Assembly: GCA_040437565.1 (NCBI GenBank)
Contig: JBDOQK010000014.1
Coordinates: 1 to 64,000 of the forward strand
Reading direction: 5' to 3'
Length of the DNA stretch: 64,000 nt
Source of the DNA: Albugo candida
Taxonomy: Eukaryota
In this document: piece by piece, positions 31,910-42,748 of the stretch
Layout of the letters: each line of letters begins with the position of its first letter
How positions within the stretch are numbered: position 1 is the first letter of the stretch
The notes under the pieces: generated by a model
The model's database searches: none
What the model was told of the DNA's origin: nothing
Seen by the model: the letters and a program-made list of their open reading frames with translations, nothing else
Made by a program: the position numbers and the translations under genes

Positions 31910-34900
31910 TCATGCAATTCGCCCGTGTGATGTTCTCGGTCGAATATCGTCAAATTCCAAAGCTCTTTCCAGCGAATTCATTGAAAATGGATGAAAACGA
32001 TCGATATCTTCCTTCATGAGGTCTAAAATCGCTTGTTTGGTGAGCCTCGTGTCGGGAATATCGAATGAGAAATTCATGCTGGTGGTTTCTATTTGCTCTG
32101 ACACGTCGTAAAAAGTTGCCAAGTACGGATGATGAAGCGCTTCCAGCACAGAAATACGCTTTGCAGGATTGAATTGCAGCATTTGCTCAATCAAATCGAT
32201 TGCCAAGTCGCTTGTTTTCGGTCCAAGAATTTGCCTCCATTTAATGGATCGTGCAATTGGCAAATTGGTCAGAAAGCGCAAAGCTTTGCGATTACGAACA
32301 AACTCAGTATCTTGTTGTTTCGGCGTTCCCAATACTTTGATGATAAGTTCGAGTTGATGGATGTAATCGTCGCCCGGGAATAATGGCTGTCGCAGAATCA
32401 TTTCAGCAAAGATGCACCCGACGGCCCAAATGTCAACCGCTTCGGTGTACTGAACACAATTGAGCATGATTTCTGGCGCACGATACCATCTTGTGACAAC
32501 ATATTCGGTCAATTCCTGTGCAAAATTACTATCTTCGCCGTCAACACCGCCACGTGCGAGCCCAAAATCGCATATTTTGAGATCACAATTGGAATTTAAT
32601 AATACATTGCTGGGTTTCATATCGCGATGAAGGACGCCTGCAGAGTGGATATGGTATAGGGCACAAAGCATTTGATACAAGAAATATTTCACATGATCGT
32701 CGGTCATTGGTTGCGAGGAATAAATGACCTGATGCAAATCTGTTTCCATCAGTTCGGTGATGAGATATATCTCATGAATTTCGATGTGAGGTGGTGGAGG
32801 GCCTAGATCGAGTAATTTTGTGATATTTTTGTGGTTAAAATGGCGTAACAACCGGATTTCTCGTACAATTCGCTTTGCATCCACAAGATCGTCAAATACA
32901 TTGGCGATTTTCTTGATTGCGACATTAGTATTGGTTTTTGTATCGAGAGCTGCGATCACGTGACCATAGGCTCCAGTCCCGATCGCCTTGATTGGTTCAT
33001 AACGAGTGTCCAAAGTGTACGATTGGCCATTTATCTCCTGCGTGTGGGTTGTATTTTTTTGCATGATAGAGTGATATGCGAGATCGCCTTTGATTCGATG
33101 TCCGAGTCTCTGAGTGAATCGATGATGCCAATTGGCAATAGCCCAATCTTCTTTCTGCGTACGTGTCTTTTGGCAGTCGATGGAGGAGGGGGAACACTTA
33201 GTCTCGAGCTCTTGATCGTGCACAAAGCTACTCTCGGTCTCGAGCTGGTTATCGATAAAAGCCTCTGAGGCTGAGGCCTTTCGAGCTTCCTCACATTTGC
33301 CCCTGTGCTCCTTCCGAACCAAATCGACTTTGCGACTGGGTGTGCGTTGATCCTGGGCCCTGAGTTTCCCAATGGCATTCCAAAGTGCCTCGAGCCAAGC
33401 TGAGTAAGTCCCAGCATCCGGAGCCGATAAATGGAGCGAGTGCTTTGTTTCCTCATTATGGTCATTTTGTGTGTAATACACTATTTTAAAACCAAAAAGT
33501 TGAGAGGTGTCTTTTATTGGGTAGATGGCAGCTTTTGAGGATAAAATGTAGGTGCGTGGACGAGTGTTGATGTCTGCTTCATATTGACTTAAGACAATAG
33601 TGCGTTTTGTATCGTTAAAATGTGTTGTGATTTCTTCGAAAAGAACAAAATCGTAAACCTGTATAGTAACAAAGCGTTAGGTTATGGCTCAGGTTGATAT
33701 GATGATAAATACTACCGCTGTCACAGAGTCCAAAAGTGAAACTTGACGCAGTCGCCCGCTGATCAGTTTTGATTTAGTTGAAATATCATTGCACTCATTG
33801 TTTCGTTGAATACGTTGCTCTTGTTCTATACTCTGGAATTGTTGTGGCGCGCAAGCTTTCTGTTTGTTGTTAGAAAACCATCGAGCGTTAGAATACTGTT
33901 TGTAATCTTTTCGTTTATCCTGTGCATCAGAATGAGTATGCTGGTTGGTTTGAGTATCAAACGACTTTGTAACGCTCTGATGCATTTCAGAACACTTTTC
34001 GCTTGTATTCCAGCTTTTTCNNNNNNNNNNNNNNNNNNNNNNNNNNNNNNNNNNNNNNNNNNNNNNNNNNNNNNNNNNNNNNNNNNNNNNNNNNNNNNNN
34101 NNNNNNNNNNNNNNNNNNNNATGAGATATATCTCATGAATTTCGATGTGAGGTGGTGGAGGGCCTAGATCGAGTAATTTTGTGATATTTTTGTGGTTAAA
34201 ATGGCGTAACAACCGGATTTCTCGTACAATTCGCTTTGCATCCACAAGATCGTCAAATACATTGGCGATTTTCTTGATTGCGACATTAGTATTGGTTTTT
34301 GTATCGAGAGCTGCGATCACGTGACCATAGGCTCCAGTCCCGATCGCCTTGATTGGTTCATAACGAGTGTCCAAAGTGTACGATTGGCCATTTATCTCCT
34401 GCGTGTGGGTTGTATTTTTTTGCATGATAGAGTGATATGCGAGATCGCCTTTGATTCGATGTCCGAGTCTCTGAGTGAATCGATGATGCCAATTGGCAAT
34501 AGCCCAATCTTCTTTCTGCGTACGTGTCTTTTGGCAGTCGATGGAGGAGGGGGAACACTTAGTCTCGAGCTCTTGATCGTGCACAAAGCTACTCTCGGTC
34601 TCGAGCTGGTTATCGATAAAAGCCTCTGAGGCTGAGGCCTTTCGAGCTTCCTCACATTTGCCCCTGTGCTCCTTCCGAACCAAATCGACTTTGCGACTGG
34701 GTGTGCGTTGATCCTGGGCCCTGAGTTTCCCAATGGCATTCCAAAGTGCCTCGAGCCAAGCTGAGTAAGTCCCAGCATCCGGAGCCGATAAATGGAGCGA
34801 GTGCTTTGTTTCCTCATTATGGTCATTTTGTGTGTAATACACTATTTTAAAACCAAAAAGTTGAGAGGTGTCTTTTATTGGGTAGATGGCAGCTTTTGAG

Positions 34901-35517
34901 GATAAAATGTAGGTGCGTGGACGAGTGTTGATGTCTGCTTCATATTGACTTAAGACAATAGTGCGTTTTGTATCGTTAAAATGTGTTGTGATTTCTTCGA
35001 AAAGAACAAAATCGTAAACCTGTATAGTAACAAAGCGTTAGGTTATGGCTCAGGTTGATATGATGATAAATACTACCGCTGTCACAGAGTCCAAAAGTGA
35101 AACTTGACGCAGTCGCCCGCTGATCAGTTTTGATTTAGTTGAAATATCATTGCACTCATTGTTTCGTTGAATACGTTGCTCTTGTTCTATACTCTGGAAT
35201 TGTTGTGGCGCGCAAGCTTTCTGTTTGTTGTTAGAAAACCATCGAGCGTTAGAATACTGTTTGTAATCTTTTCGTTTATCCTGTGCATCAGAATGAGTAT
35301 GCTGGTTGGTTTGAGTATCAAACGACTTTGTAACGCTCTGATGCATTTCAGAACACTTTTCGCTTGTATTCCAGCTTTTTCGCTTGGAGAAAATCTTTGC
35401 GAGGATAGATTTTGCAATCGTAGGTTGACCGTGACTTGGTTGCGAATCGTGCTGCGCCGTCGGGCGAAAAAATGAACGCTTCGTGCCTATTGGTACCGAG
35501 TCTTGCTGCATGACCAT
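31910..35517 (-). CDS. MAP kinase (TEY activation loop) with N-terminal PH-like domain, oomycete PH-MAPK type; ~730 aa after removing the duplication; intron 35076-35020
   Basis: Kinase motifs are GTGAYG, VAIKK, HRDMKPSN, DFGLAR and TEYVVTRWYRAPE. The upstream region ends in LSAPDAGTYSAWLEALWNAI, which resembles a PH C-terminal helix. The 5' part is read from the second copy beyond the gap. Confidence 0.9.
32760..35381. repeat. Exact 1261-bp duplication (32760-34020 = 34121-35381) across a 100-N gap; artefact
   Basis: Identical copies abut the gap and create a false truncated second MAPK. Confidence 0.9.
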
Positions 35518-35907
35518 TGAGAAAGTCGAAGAAGCGTCGGAGTGTTTCTCCCTCAGAATTTGTAACCACTGAGGTTAGAAGCTATAAACATCAATTATAC
35601 ATACTACCTTCTTTATTCTTTTTTTCCATCTACAAAATTAGATTTCAAGAAAAATGCAATAATAAAAGTCCCTGTCTTATTAAACATCAACATGGTTGCC
35701 GCACTCTCGATCGGTGCCTTTAGCTTTGGTAACTCATTTATGTTAATGTAAATGCTACGGCAGTCGAGTATACGAATTCAAAGCGGTATTCGAATTTCAG
35801 TACCACGTGAGACTGTCTCCTAGAAAACGAGGTGGATACCGCATTCTTTGCATTAAACAGAATGCTATACACAGTATACGCCTCATTCATCACTGCTCCT
35901 GGTCGTC

Positions 35908-37134
35908 TCAATAAATGCGCTTACGAGATTGCGCACGTTCACGTGCAATGACATTGCGCCTCACATTATTTAGGAGATGCCAGATGCAGCGCGCGGAGAG
36001 GACAACTGTATCAGCTCGCTGTAAATCCTGGTTACTCAGCAATCCAATACTCGTCGTGACTTCGGTCACGCGTTTTGGGAAAAAGCATTTCCATATATCT
36101 TTAATATTTACAAGAAACGGCTCTAATGTGAATAATTTTTGCTGGCTGAGAAGTTGGAAAGCCAGCACGAGATTAATCTTCTTCTGGCCCAATGTGCTTG
36201 GAAACTGGAACGAACCGTGCAGTGTCATTTTAACTCCTTTTGTAGACAGATTGTTTGAATGAGTAATGTCGATTTGCTGCATTTTTTCCATCCCAGCAAA
36301 GCGTCTGAGCACTGTTGCCGCCAGTTCGCATAACAACACACCATCACTAAAGTAAATGGCATCTTTTATCCAAGAGATGTCCATTTCTTTCAAATTTATT
36401 GCGGTGCGTAATTTCATAGACTGAAGCCATCGGCACGTTTTCATTGCAAGTTTGTCGATGTGAGATGCGTGTTTCATTCCAATAATTGCGGTTTTTGTAT
36501 AGTTTTCTCTATGAGAAGTACTGCGCTCGTACTCATTGTTCTCATTGAGGTGTTTGATGTGCTCAACCGCGTTATTTGTATACGTCGTGCTATTTGTCAC
36601 ACAATCCTCAAGAATGTGTGGTTTTTGTAATTTGCAACATTTTAATGGCGATGCAAGCAATCCCGGTTGTATCTCTGATTGTTGGTGCGCAGGCAGCGCC
36701 TTCTGATTGATTGAATACTGTACGCGTGCCCCCTCCACCGATGCAGCTATTAGATGAGGATATTGTAGCCACAAGCGCTGGACTATTCTCAAGACCGCGA
36801 CGATAGTGTCTTCATGACCTTTGGAAAAGCGTGATGCACAAGCAGCGTTTTTTAATACGGAAAGCGCTTCCGAATCTATACTCAGCTGACGCGCAAGTTG
36901 ATTGAGAGCGCTCTGTATTCTTTCGATTGCAACGACATCTGACGGTACACCTTCTGGCAAATCATATTGTAGAATTTGATTTTCCGAAGAAATAGCTTGC
37001 ACAATCTGTTGTAAAACGTCTCCAAATCTCAAATCGTATAAATTCTCTACCAAAAGACAGTTGGGAAACGGTAATGTATTGATCCAATGAACATATTTTC
37101 GAGATGGCGCACCGTATAGTGGCATAGCTTCCAT
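35908..37134 (-). CDS. Protein with two calponin-homology-like domains, 408 aa
   Basis: YVHWINTL....VENLYDLRFGDVLQQIV and TCRWLQSM....YFSDGVLLCELA...KKINLVLAFQLL both resemble CH-domain cores. Confidence 0.55.
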   Translation of the reverse strand: MEAMPLYGAPSRKYVHWINTLPFPNCLLVENLYDLRFGDVLQQIVQAISSENQILQYDLPEGVPSDVVAIERIQSALNQLARQLSIDSEALSVLKNAACASRFSKGHEDTIVAVLRIVQRLWLQYPHLIAASVEGARVQYSINQKALPAHQQSEIQPGLLASPLKCCKLQKPHILEDCVTNSTTYTNNAVEHIKHLNENNEYERSTSHRENYTKTAIIGMKHASHIDKLAMKTCRWLQSMKLRTAINLKEMDISWIKDAIYFSDGVLLCELAATVLRRFAGMEKMQQIDITHSNNLSTKGVKMTLHGSFQFPSTLGQKKINLVLAFQLLSQQKLFTLEPFLVNIKDIWKCFFPKRVTEVTTSIGLLSNQDLQRADTVVLSARCIWHLLNNVRRNVIARERAQSRKRIY

Positions 37135-37517
37135 CGCATCAAATCACCTGACTTGGCTGGATCTAAAACGAGTGACCGTTTATTTGTAAACGATTGCCGA
37201 AGTGAGAGGCTTAGTGACGTATACCAATCGACGTAGTGCATATATATATATATAACAGCTAGAACGACGTTTTAATCAGATGGTCATGCAACTGTCATTC
37301 GGACCGAGTCGTGGTAGAATAGCTCAGCTGCCCAACTATGTACTGTATGATAAGTGGGTTCACTACTACGCTTTCAAACCAAACCACCATAGAATACACG
37401 TGTTATCACTTCTATAATTCACTTGTTTCCCCGGCTTGAAAGCTGGCACGTATTGTAAAAAGGTATAAGCCACACATAACGGAATTGCTTTTACCTTGTC
37501 ATTTATCATAAACAATC

Positions 37518-39065
37518 ATGGATTTTTCTCCTCAATCCATGGGAATTAGCGACTCACAAGTGCAACAATATGAGGATATATTCAAAATTCTTATTTCCGA
37601 CGCACTCGATGAATTCTCAAAGCATGAGCGAGATGGAGAAGGCTCACGGTATTCGAGTTGCACAAATTGGGAAACGGTTGGTCAAACCGCCTTCTTGCGC
37701 TCCGTGCGGCAATCAGACTCCCATCGTCCGGGCGTCGACAGAAGTTGTTTATTCGGACAAGTACGAGGCGAATGTCAGAGCCTAATGGATTTTTTTTACA
37801 CAGATACTTGCGATTCTTTATATAAACTGCAGCAGATTCTTCAGTACCGTGTGCATGACGCCAGAGTCTTGACTACGATCAAATCACACAAACAAGGAGG
37901 ACAACATATGGAACTATTGTATTTCGGGGTCAAATACATTTGCAGCCAACCATTAAGCTCGTTGTCGAGTAGAAATCAGTGCTTTTTGGAGTATATTGGG
38001 TACACTAGAGACAGCCAGAATCGCCGCATTGGGTATGTGGCAGTGATTCCATTTCGCCTTCCGTCTCTCCCTTCGCTCAAAATCCCTTCTAATGTCAAGA
38101 AGATGAGGTGTCGAAACGTATACTTGTTCCGGGAAAATTACGTTGAAAATCAAGAAATGTGTGACATTTTTGGTGTCGGGTCCTTTGATTTGGGGTACAG
38201 TGCCAAAGAATCAATCGCATATTTCCGTAAAAGGTTGGACTTGTTTCATAATATCTCAATGTTGATCGAGTGTAAACAACTCTCCCAATTACTAATACTG
38301 GATAGAAAGCTATGGGTTCCAAATAATCGACGTCAGAGTTGTGTTGTCTGTTACAGAGTGTTTGGTCCAACACGTCATCGACACCATTGTCGTACATGTG
38401 GAGAAGTTGTGTGTAGCAGATGTCTCCTCGATCGCGTTCTTCCTTGCAAGCAAAAACAGGCTTCGATGGTCAAATTGAAATTCTGCAAGATTTGCATCAC
38501 AAAAGTTCGTCTCCATAGATCCGCACAGAATTTAATTGTACCGGAACCCAACGCTTTACAGAGCCGAATCGACTTGAATGCATACTCATCGACCGCCAAT
38601 TCACCAAAAGCTAGTGATTCATTGGCATCCGCTTCGATTCGGCATCGATCGCGTTGCTCCATGCAAGATCAACAGCCTTTGCACATTATGCACAATTCCA
38701 AGCCCATCTCAAGACCACGACGCTTTTCAAATGCAGCCACAGTAACAGTATATGAAGACAGAGAATCCATAGACGTCACTCCTCACATCTATCTCCACAC
38801 GTCAAACATTCAACCCTATACGTCAGATCCAGCATCAGACTCCGATGGATATTCGAGCCGTGGGAGTTCCATTTCAAGTGAAGAAAGTTATATGGCAGAT
38901 ATAGTTGTTATAGACACAGACGACATGAGACGCATTCCGATTCCAGAGCCACGAATGAGTTCCTATAATGATTCCTCAGCCAATGCATTTGTATCGATCG
39001 ATCAATCCTTACAGGAACAGCAAGCGCTTTTAAAGCAAATGGCACTTTGCGCAAGTCGATCGTAA
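37518..39065 (+). CDS. Oomycete START-like domain + FYVE zinc finger protein, 515 aa
   Basis: The FYVE finger reads WVPN..CVVC..F...HRHHCRTCGEVVCSRC...KFCKIC. The N-terminal DARVL...YFGVKY...RNQCFLEYIG...RIGY pattern is typical of this family. Confidence 0.8.
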   Translation: MDFSPQSMGISDSQVQQYEDIFKILISDALDEFSKHERDGEGSRYSSCTNWETVGQTAFLRSVRQSDSHRPGVDRSCLFGQVRGECQSLMDFFYTDTCDSLYKLQQILQYRVHDARVLTTIKSHKQGGQHMELLYFGVKYICSQPLSSLSSRNQCFLEYIGYTRDSQNRRIGYVAVIPFRLPSLPSLKIPSNVKKMRCRNVYLFRENYVENQEMCDIFGVGSFDLGYSAKESIAYFRKRLDLFHNISMLIECKQLSQLLILDRKLWVPNNRRQSCVVCYRVFGPTRHRHHCRTCGEVVCSRCLLDRVLPCKQKQASMVKLKFCKICITKVRLHRSAQNLIVPEPNALQSRIDLNAYSSTANSPKASDSLASASIRHRSRCSMQDQQPLHIMHNSKPISRPRRFSNAATVTVYEDRESIDVTPHIYLHTSNIQPYTSDPASDSDGYSSRGSSISSEESYMADIVVIDTDDMRRIPIPEPRMSSYNDSSANAFVSIDQSLQEQQALLKQMALCASRS

Positions 39066-39198
39066 GCACGAAAGCACCGTAGCTGACCCATATTCAGCGC
39101 GGGTAGAAACATTGTGATAAAGGTGACGACTAAGGTGCCGACTCCGGAGATTTGAGTGATACGACCGTTAAACGTTTCTTTACATCATTTCAAATTGC

Positions 39199-40164
39199 AT
39201 GTATCGAAGGACAATCGACGGGAAGACTGATACATTTGAAGTCCCAGAAGTCTGCGTATCGGAGGTTAAATTAGATGAGTATAAATCGTACGCACGTAAA
39301 TTAATAAAACATGCGCTCCTGGAATATGCGAAACTTGAATCCAAAGACGAAATGTATCGGATTCCACCGTGGGAAGTGGTAGCGTTCACAAATTCCCTCA
39401 AAGCGTTGAAACGCACCTCTCATCTACGGGCTTGTCCAAAGTATATGTGCGATATCCACTCTTGTCGTATAATGGGTACGATAGCAGGTCATCCCACCCA
39501 GATCGCGGATTTTCTAACATGTACTTCACCCGATGCGTTTTATGACACGACACAAATACTTTTTGATGGGTCCGTTGTCGTAGCCACGGTGCTGTACTCC
39601 AACAAAACATCAGAAAAGGAAAAGATTCCACGTTATTCGTTGGCGATCAAATATCGAATTCACGAGTATCGAGCTAGTCGAGGATTATCAACGTATTACG
39701 ATGAACTTTATGTGCAGTATTCTGTCATCAGACGCGATCTAAGTGGACGAAAGATCATTGTGAATGTAACCTTTCCAATCGATCTACCGGAAATCAAAAC
39801 AATGCGAAAAAAGTATAAAACGGCCAGACGTCGCGCCCAGTGCGTCTCAATTTTTCGAGAAGGGAGTCAAAAGCCAAATACTACCCATCTCTTTATTATT
39901 TGTGACGAATATCGGATCCAATCATCAAGTCGGACAAATCAAGGCTATCGTAAAATTGACTGTACAACAAGCATGAAAGAAGATTGGAAGTTCACTTTAG
40001 GTGTGATGGAAACGATGGCAAAACGTATAAAATTTAGCAAGTCGCACACGTATCGTCTTTTTTTGAAAGAGCGACGGATACGTGAGCGACAAACACAGCG
40101 ATGTGATATTTTGAGGTTTCAATTCCAATGCGCGACTCCGTCGTACCGTTTTCGTGTATGGTAA
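39199..40164 (+). CDS. Diverged START-like paralog lacking the FYVE finger, 321 aa
   Basis: It has the same N-terminal layout as its neighbours (W..V, R.MGTIAG, ATVLY, IKY, ELYVQYS, FPIDLPE). The frame stops where the FYVE finger would begin. Confidence 0.6.
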   Translation: MYRRTIDGKTDTFEVPEVCVSEVKLDEYKSYARKLIKHALLEYAKLESKDEMYRIPPWEVVAFTNSLKALKRTSHLRACPKYMCDIHSCRIMGTIAGHPTQIADFLTCTSPDAFYDTTQILFDGSVVVATVLYSNKTSEKEKIPRYSLAIKYRIHEYRASRGLSTYYDELYVQYSVIRRDLSGRKIIVNVTFPIDLPEIKTMRKKYKTARRRAQCVSIFREGSQKPNTTHLFIICDEYRIQSSSRTNQGYRKIDCTTSMKEDWKFTLGVMETMAKRIKFSKSHTYRLFLKERRIRERQTQRCDILRFQFQCATPSYRFRVW

Positions 40165-40826
40165 GTAGTTATGTAGATGAATGTTTTCGAACCGAATTTT
40201 AATTTGTAGATCGAGATAACACGAAAACTGATATATTTTAGCCAATGAACATAATAAACACAGATCTAATCGTGCAATTTGCAAAAATCGATAATAAACT
40301 GGGTTTACTAGTTTGTCGAGAAATATTTGCGTTGACACAGCGGGTTTACAACTTTTGACAGCTAATTGAGTCGGATCAACATTTCCCTCAGGCAAAGACT
40401 CAACATTAAAATAGCTTGCGTCGTCGTAATGCGAATTTCCATAACTTTTTTGCCTGTACGAAAGTCGAATAACTACGAGTCATGAAACAATTGTTACACA
40501 TTCGTACTGACTAAGCGCTACGAATAATAGATCAACGTGTCCAGAGAAATATAGTCAGCATCGTCATTCCTGATCAAAAAATCATTCCCAAGTGTAAATA
40601 TTATTTTTAACAGTCCAGCAGTCGCTAGCTCCAAAGATCCACGGTGACACAAAAAACTTCCAAGTGGTACATCAAGAATGCGCCAACCGAATCATAATGT
40701 GGAGGGTAGGGTTTTCACATGACGCGGTTTGAGAAGCGTTCCACAACTCTTTCTTCTCAAGAAATCTCAAATTCTTGGCCAGCTCTCATCTCCATATTAT
40801 TTTCGCTTGTATCCAAACGATATATC

Positions 40827-42222
40827 ATGTTGCACAAACAATCTATCGGAAAATTACGTACATTTCCACTTCCTGATAATTATTTCCCAAAAGTGAATCT
40901 GGATAAGCAGGTTCTCGAAGCATATCAAGAAGAAGTGGATACGACTTTGCAACAAACGTTGCGACTTTGGCAGCACAATCGCAGTGAGAAAACTCAATAC
41001 TTTGCGAATCATGCGCCATGGAAATTATACACAAAAGTAAATAACTTGCGTTGTCACAAACGCTCTGATTCTACACAGTCTACCAATTTCTATCATGTAA
41101 TTGGTCAAATTGATGGATGGTATCGTGATGTGATGGAATTTTTCCACGCGGAATCTCGTGATGAGTACATTGGCGTCCAAAAAATATTGAACTCTTCATC
41201 GAAGGATGGCGCAATCTTGAAGAATATCATTGATACGGAGCACGCTGATCCTGAAGGGATGGTTGTGTACATGGGAATTCGATGGGCTCTCTATGAATCG
41301 TTCACGACTCGATTGCGTGTCGATGCGTGCACTTTGGAATGCATCGGATTTTCGATTGATGATTCAGGTCGAGAATTCGGATACCGAATCCTGATACCAG
41401 TTCGAATACCCGAATGTCCTGCTTTCACGCACTCAAAACACAAGGTGCTCCGAATGTGTACAAAATCAGTCGAGTTGTTCATGCCATCTGTATCGGGTTC
41501 ACGTAACAAGACAAATGTCTTCACGATGATACAGGCCAAGCAGGAGACGGATTGTATTCCTCGATTTTATCAAAGGCGATATCTCAAGAATCTCGACAGG
41601 ATCGCAGAGCATTGGGCAGGATTGAGATTATCGAAGCGGAAAATTGTAAACAAAGCGGATGTTGCGCGAATGTAAGTTCGTAACTGCATGCAAGTATACA
41701 TCTGACCTCAATTTTTATGACAGTAATCGCTTCAATTCCAATTGTTCTAGCTGCCGTCGTTATTTCAAGCAAGCTCTATCGTCGCAGCACGTGTGTGGGC
41801 TCTGTGGTGAGATTCTTTGTCGGAGCTGCGTAGTCTTACGAGCCTTGGTAATCCACGGTCCAAACTACACGTCCAAGACGAAGTCTCTGAACAAATTACA
41901 GAGTTTTTGGCGCAATTTATTCGTGTCCAAAGTCAAACTTTGCAGGAGCTGCGTTGAAACGCTTCGTAAGGATCGATTATCGGCAATAAGGACGCCCGTG
42001 CCTTACATCTCCTTCCTCTCCGACTTCCAAGCTCGTTCGTCAATGGATACGGTGAGCTTTTACAAAGAAGATTGTGAATTTACCATTCCTGCATTGCCTA
42101 TACCGGGAAGCCCGGTCGCCATCGACGATATTTCAAAGTTTGATTGTACCTCAACATCGTGCCTGACGCAACCGGAATCTGACGGCGATGAAGAAATGGA
42201 AAGTGCCGCGAATGTACGCTAA
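40827..42222 (+). CDS. START-like domain + degenerate FYVE protein; intron ~41672-41722
   Basis: It has the family-typical FPLPDNYFPKVNL start and DGAILK...YMGIRW...DACTLECIG...REFGY. A GTAAGT...GACAG intron joins it to CSSC..HVCGLCGEILCRSC...KLCRSC. An alternative start lies at 40719. Confidence 0.75.
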
Positions 42223-42239
42223 GTATACAAAGTCCTGCC

Positions 42240-42556
42240 AAGTATACAGTCAAGCATGAAGTAGATGAAAAATGAATGGGTTCTAATAATCGTAAAATAC
42301 ATAAAGAGTACCTTCGTCCAACCTGAAGAGTCTAGCTAGACTTCTTGAATGTTGCACGGAACAGAACACTAAGAATTACGATGAAACAGCATTCACACGA
42401 AAATGCCGCTTTTGATGCGTCTGCAACGCATTCAAAAGGACCAAAATCGACCTGGAAGCAAAATATATTCATGGAAGGATCCTTGAAAATACGTAAAACG
42501 TCGTTTGCTAGGATGCAATAGCGCTCTTGCATCGTCTTTGGAGAATTTGATAAATC
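42240..42556 (-). CDS. 3' fragment of a possible PH-domain gene whose 5' part lies in the gap
   Basis: ERYCILANDVLRIFKD resembles PH strands beta2-beta3. The frame is open into the gap at 42557. Confidence 0.3.
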
Positions 42557-42748
42557 NNNNNNNNNNNNNNNNNNNNNNNNNNNNNNNNNNNNNNNNNNNN
42601 NNNNNNNNNNNNNNNNNNNNNNNNNNNNNNNNNNNNNNNNNNNNNNNNNNNNNNNNTCGTTTTAGTACTATTCAAGTCTTTATCGGTTTATGAAACTGCA
42701 CAATCTAATAAACCTAATGATTCGATCAAATTATCATCCCAATGCAAC

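Noticed and set aside
33826-34842. Truncated second MAPK
   Set aside because: It is part of the 1261-bp gap-flanking duplication.
37240-37254. (AT)7 microsatellite
   Set aside because: It is a short, ordinary simple repeat.
37311-37369. tRNA-like words (TAGCTCAG, GGGTTCA) inside an imperfect hairpin GTGGTAG...CTACTAC
   Set aside because: The spacing cannot form a cloverleaf and there is no anticodon arm or T arm, so it is not called an RNA gene.
41659-41722. Apparent frameshift between ORFs 40719-41675 and 41659-42222
   Set aside because: It is explained by a canonical GTAAGT...GACAG intron. The same applies to the overlapping ORF pairs at 11490-11640 and 15870-16028.
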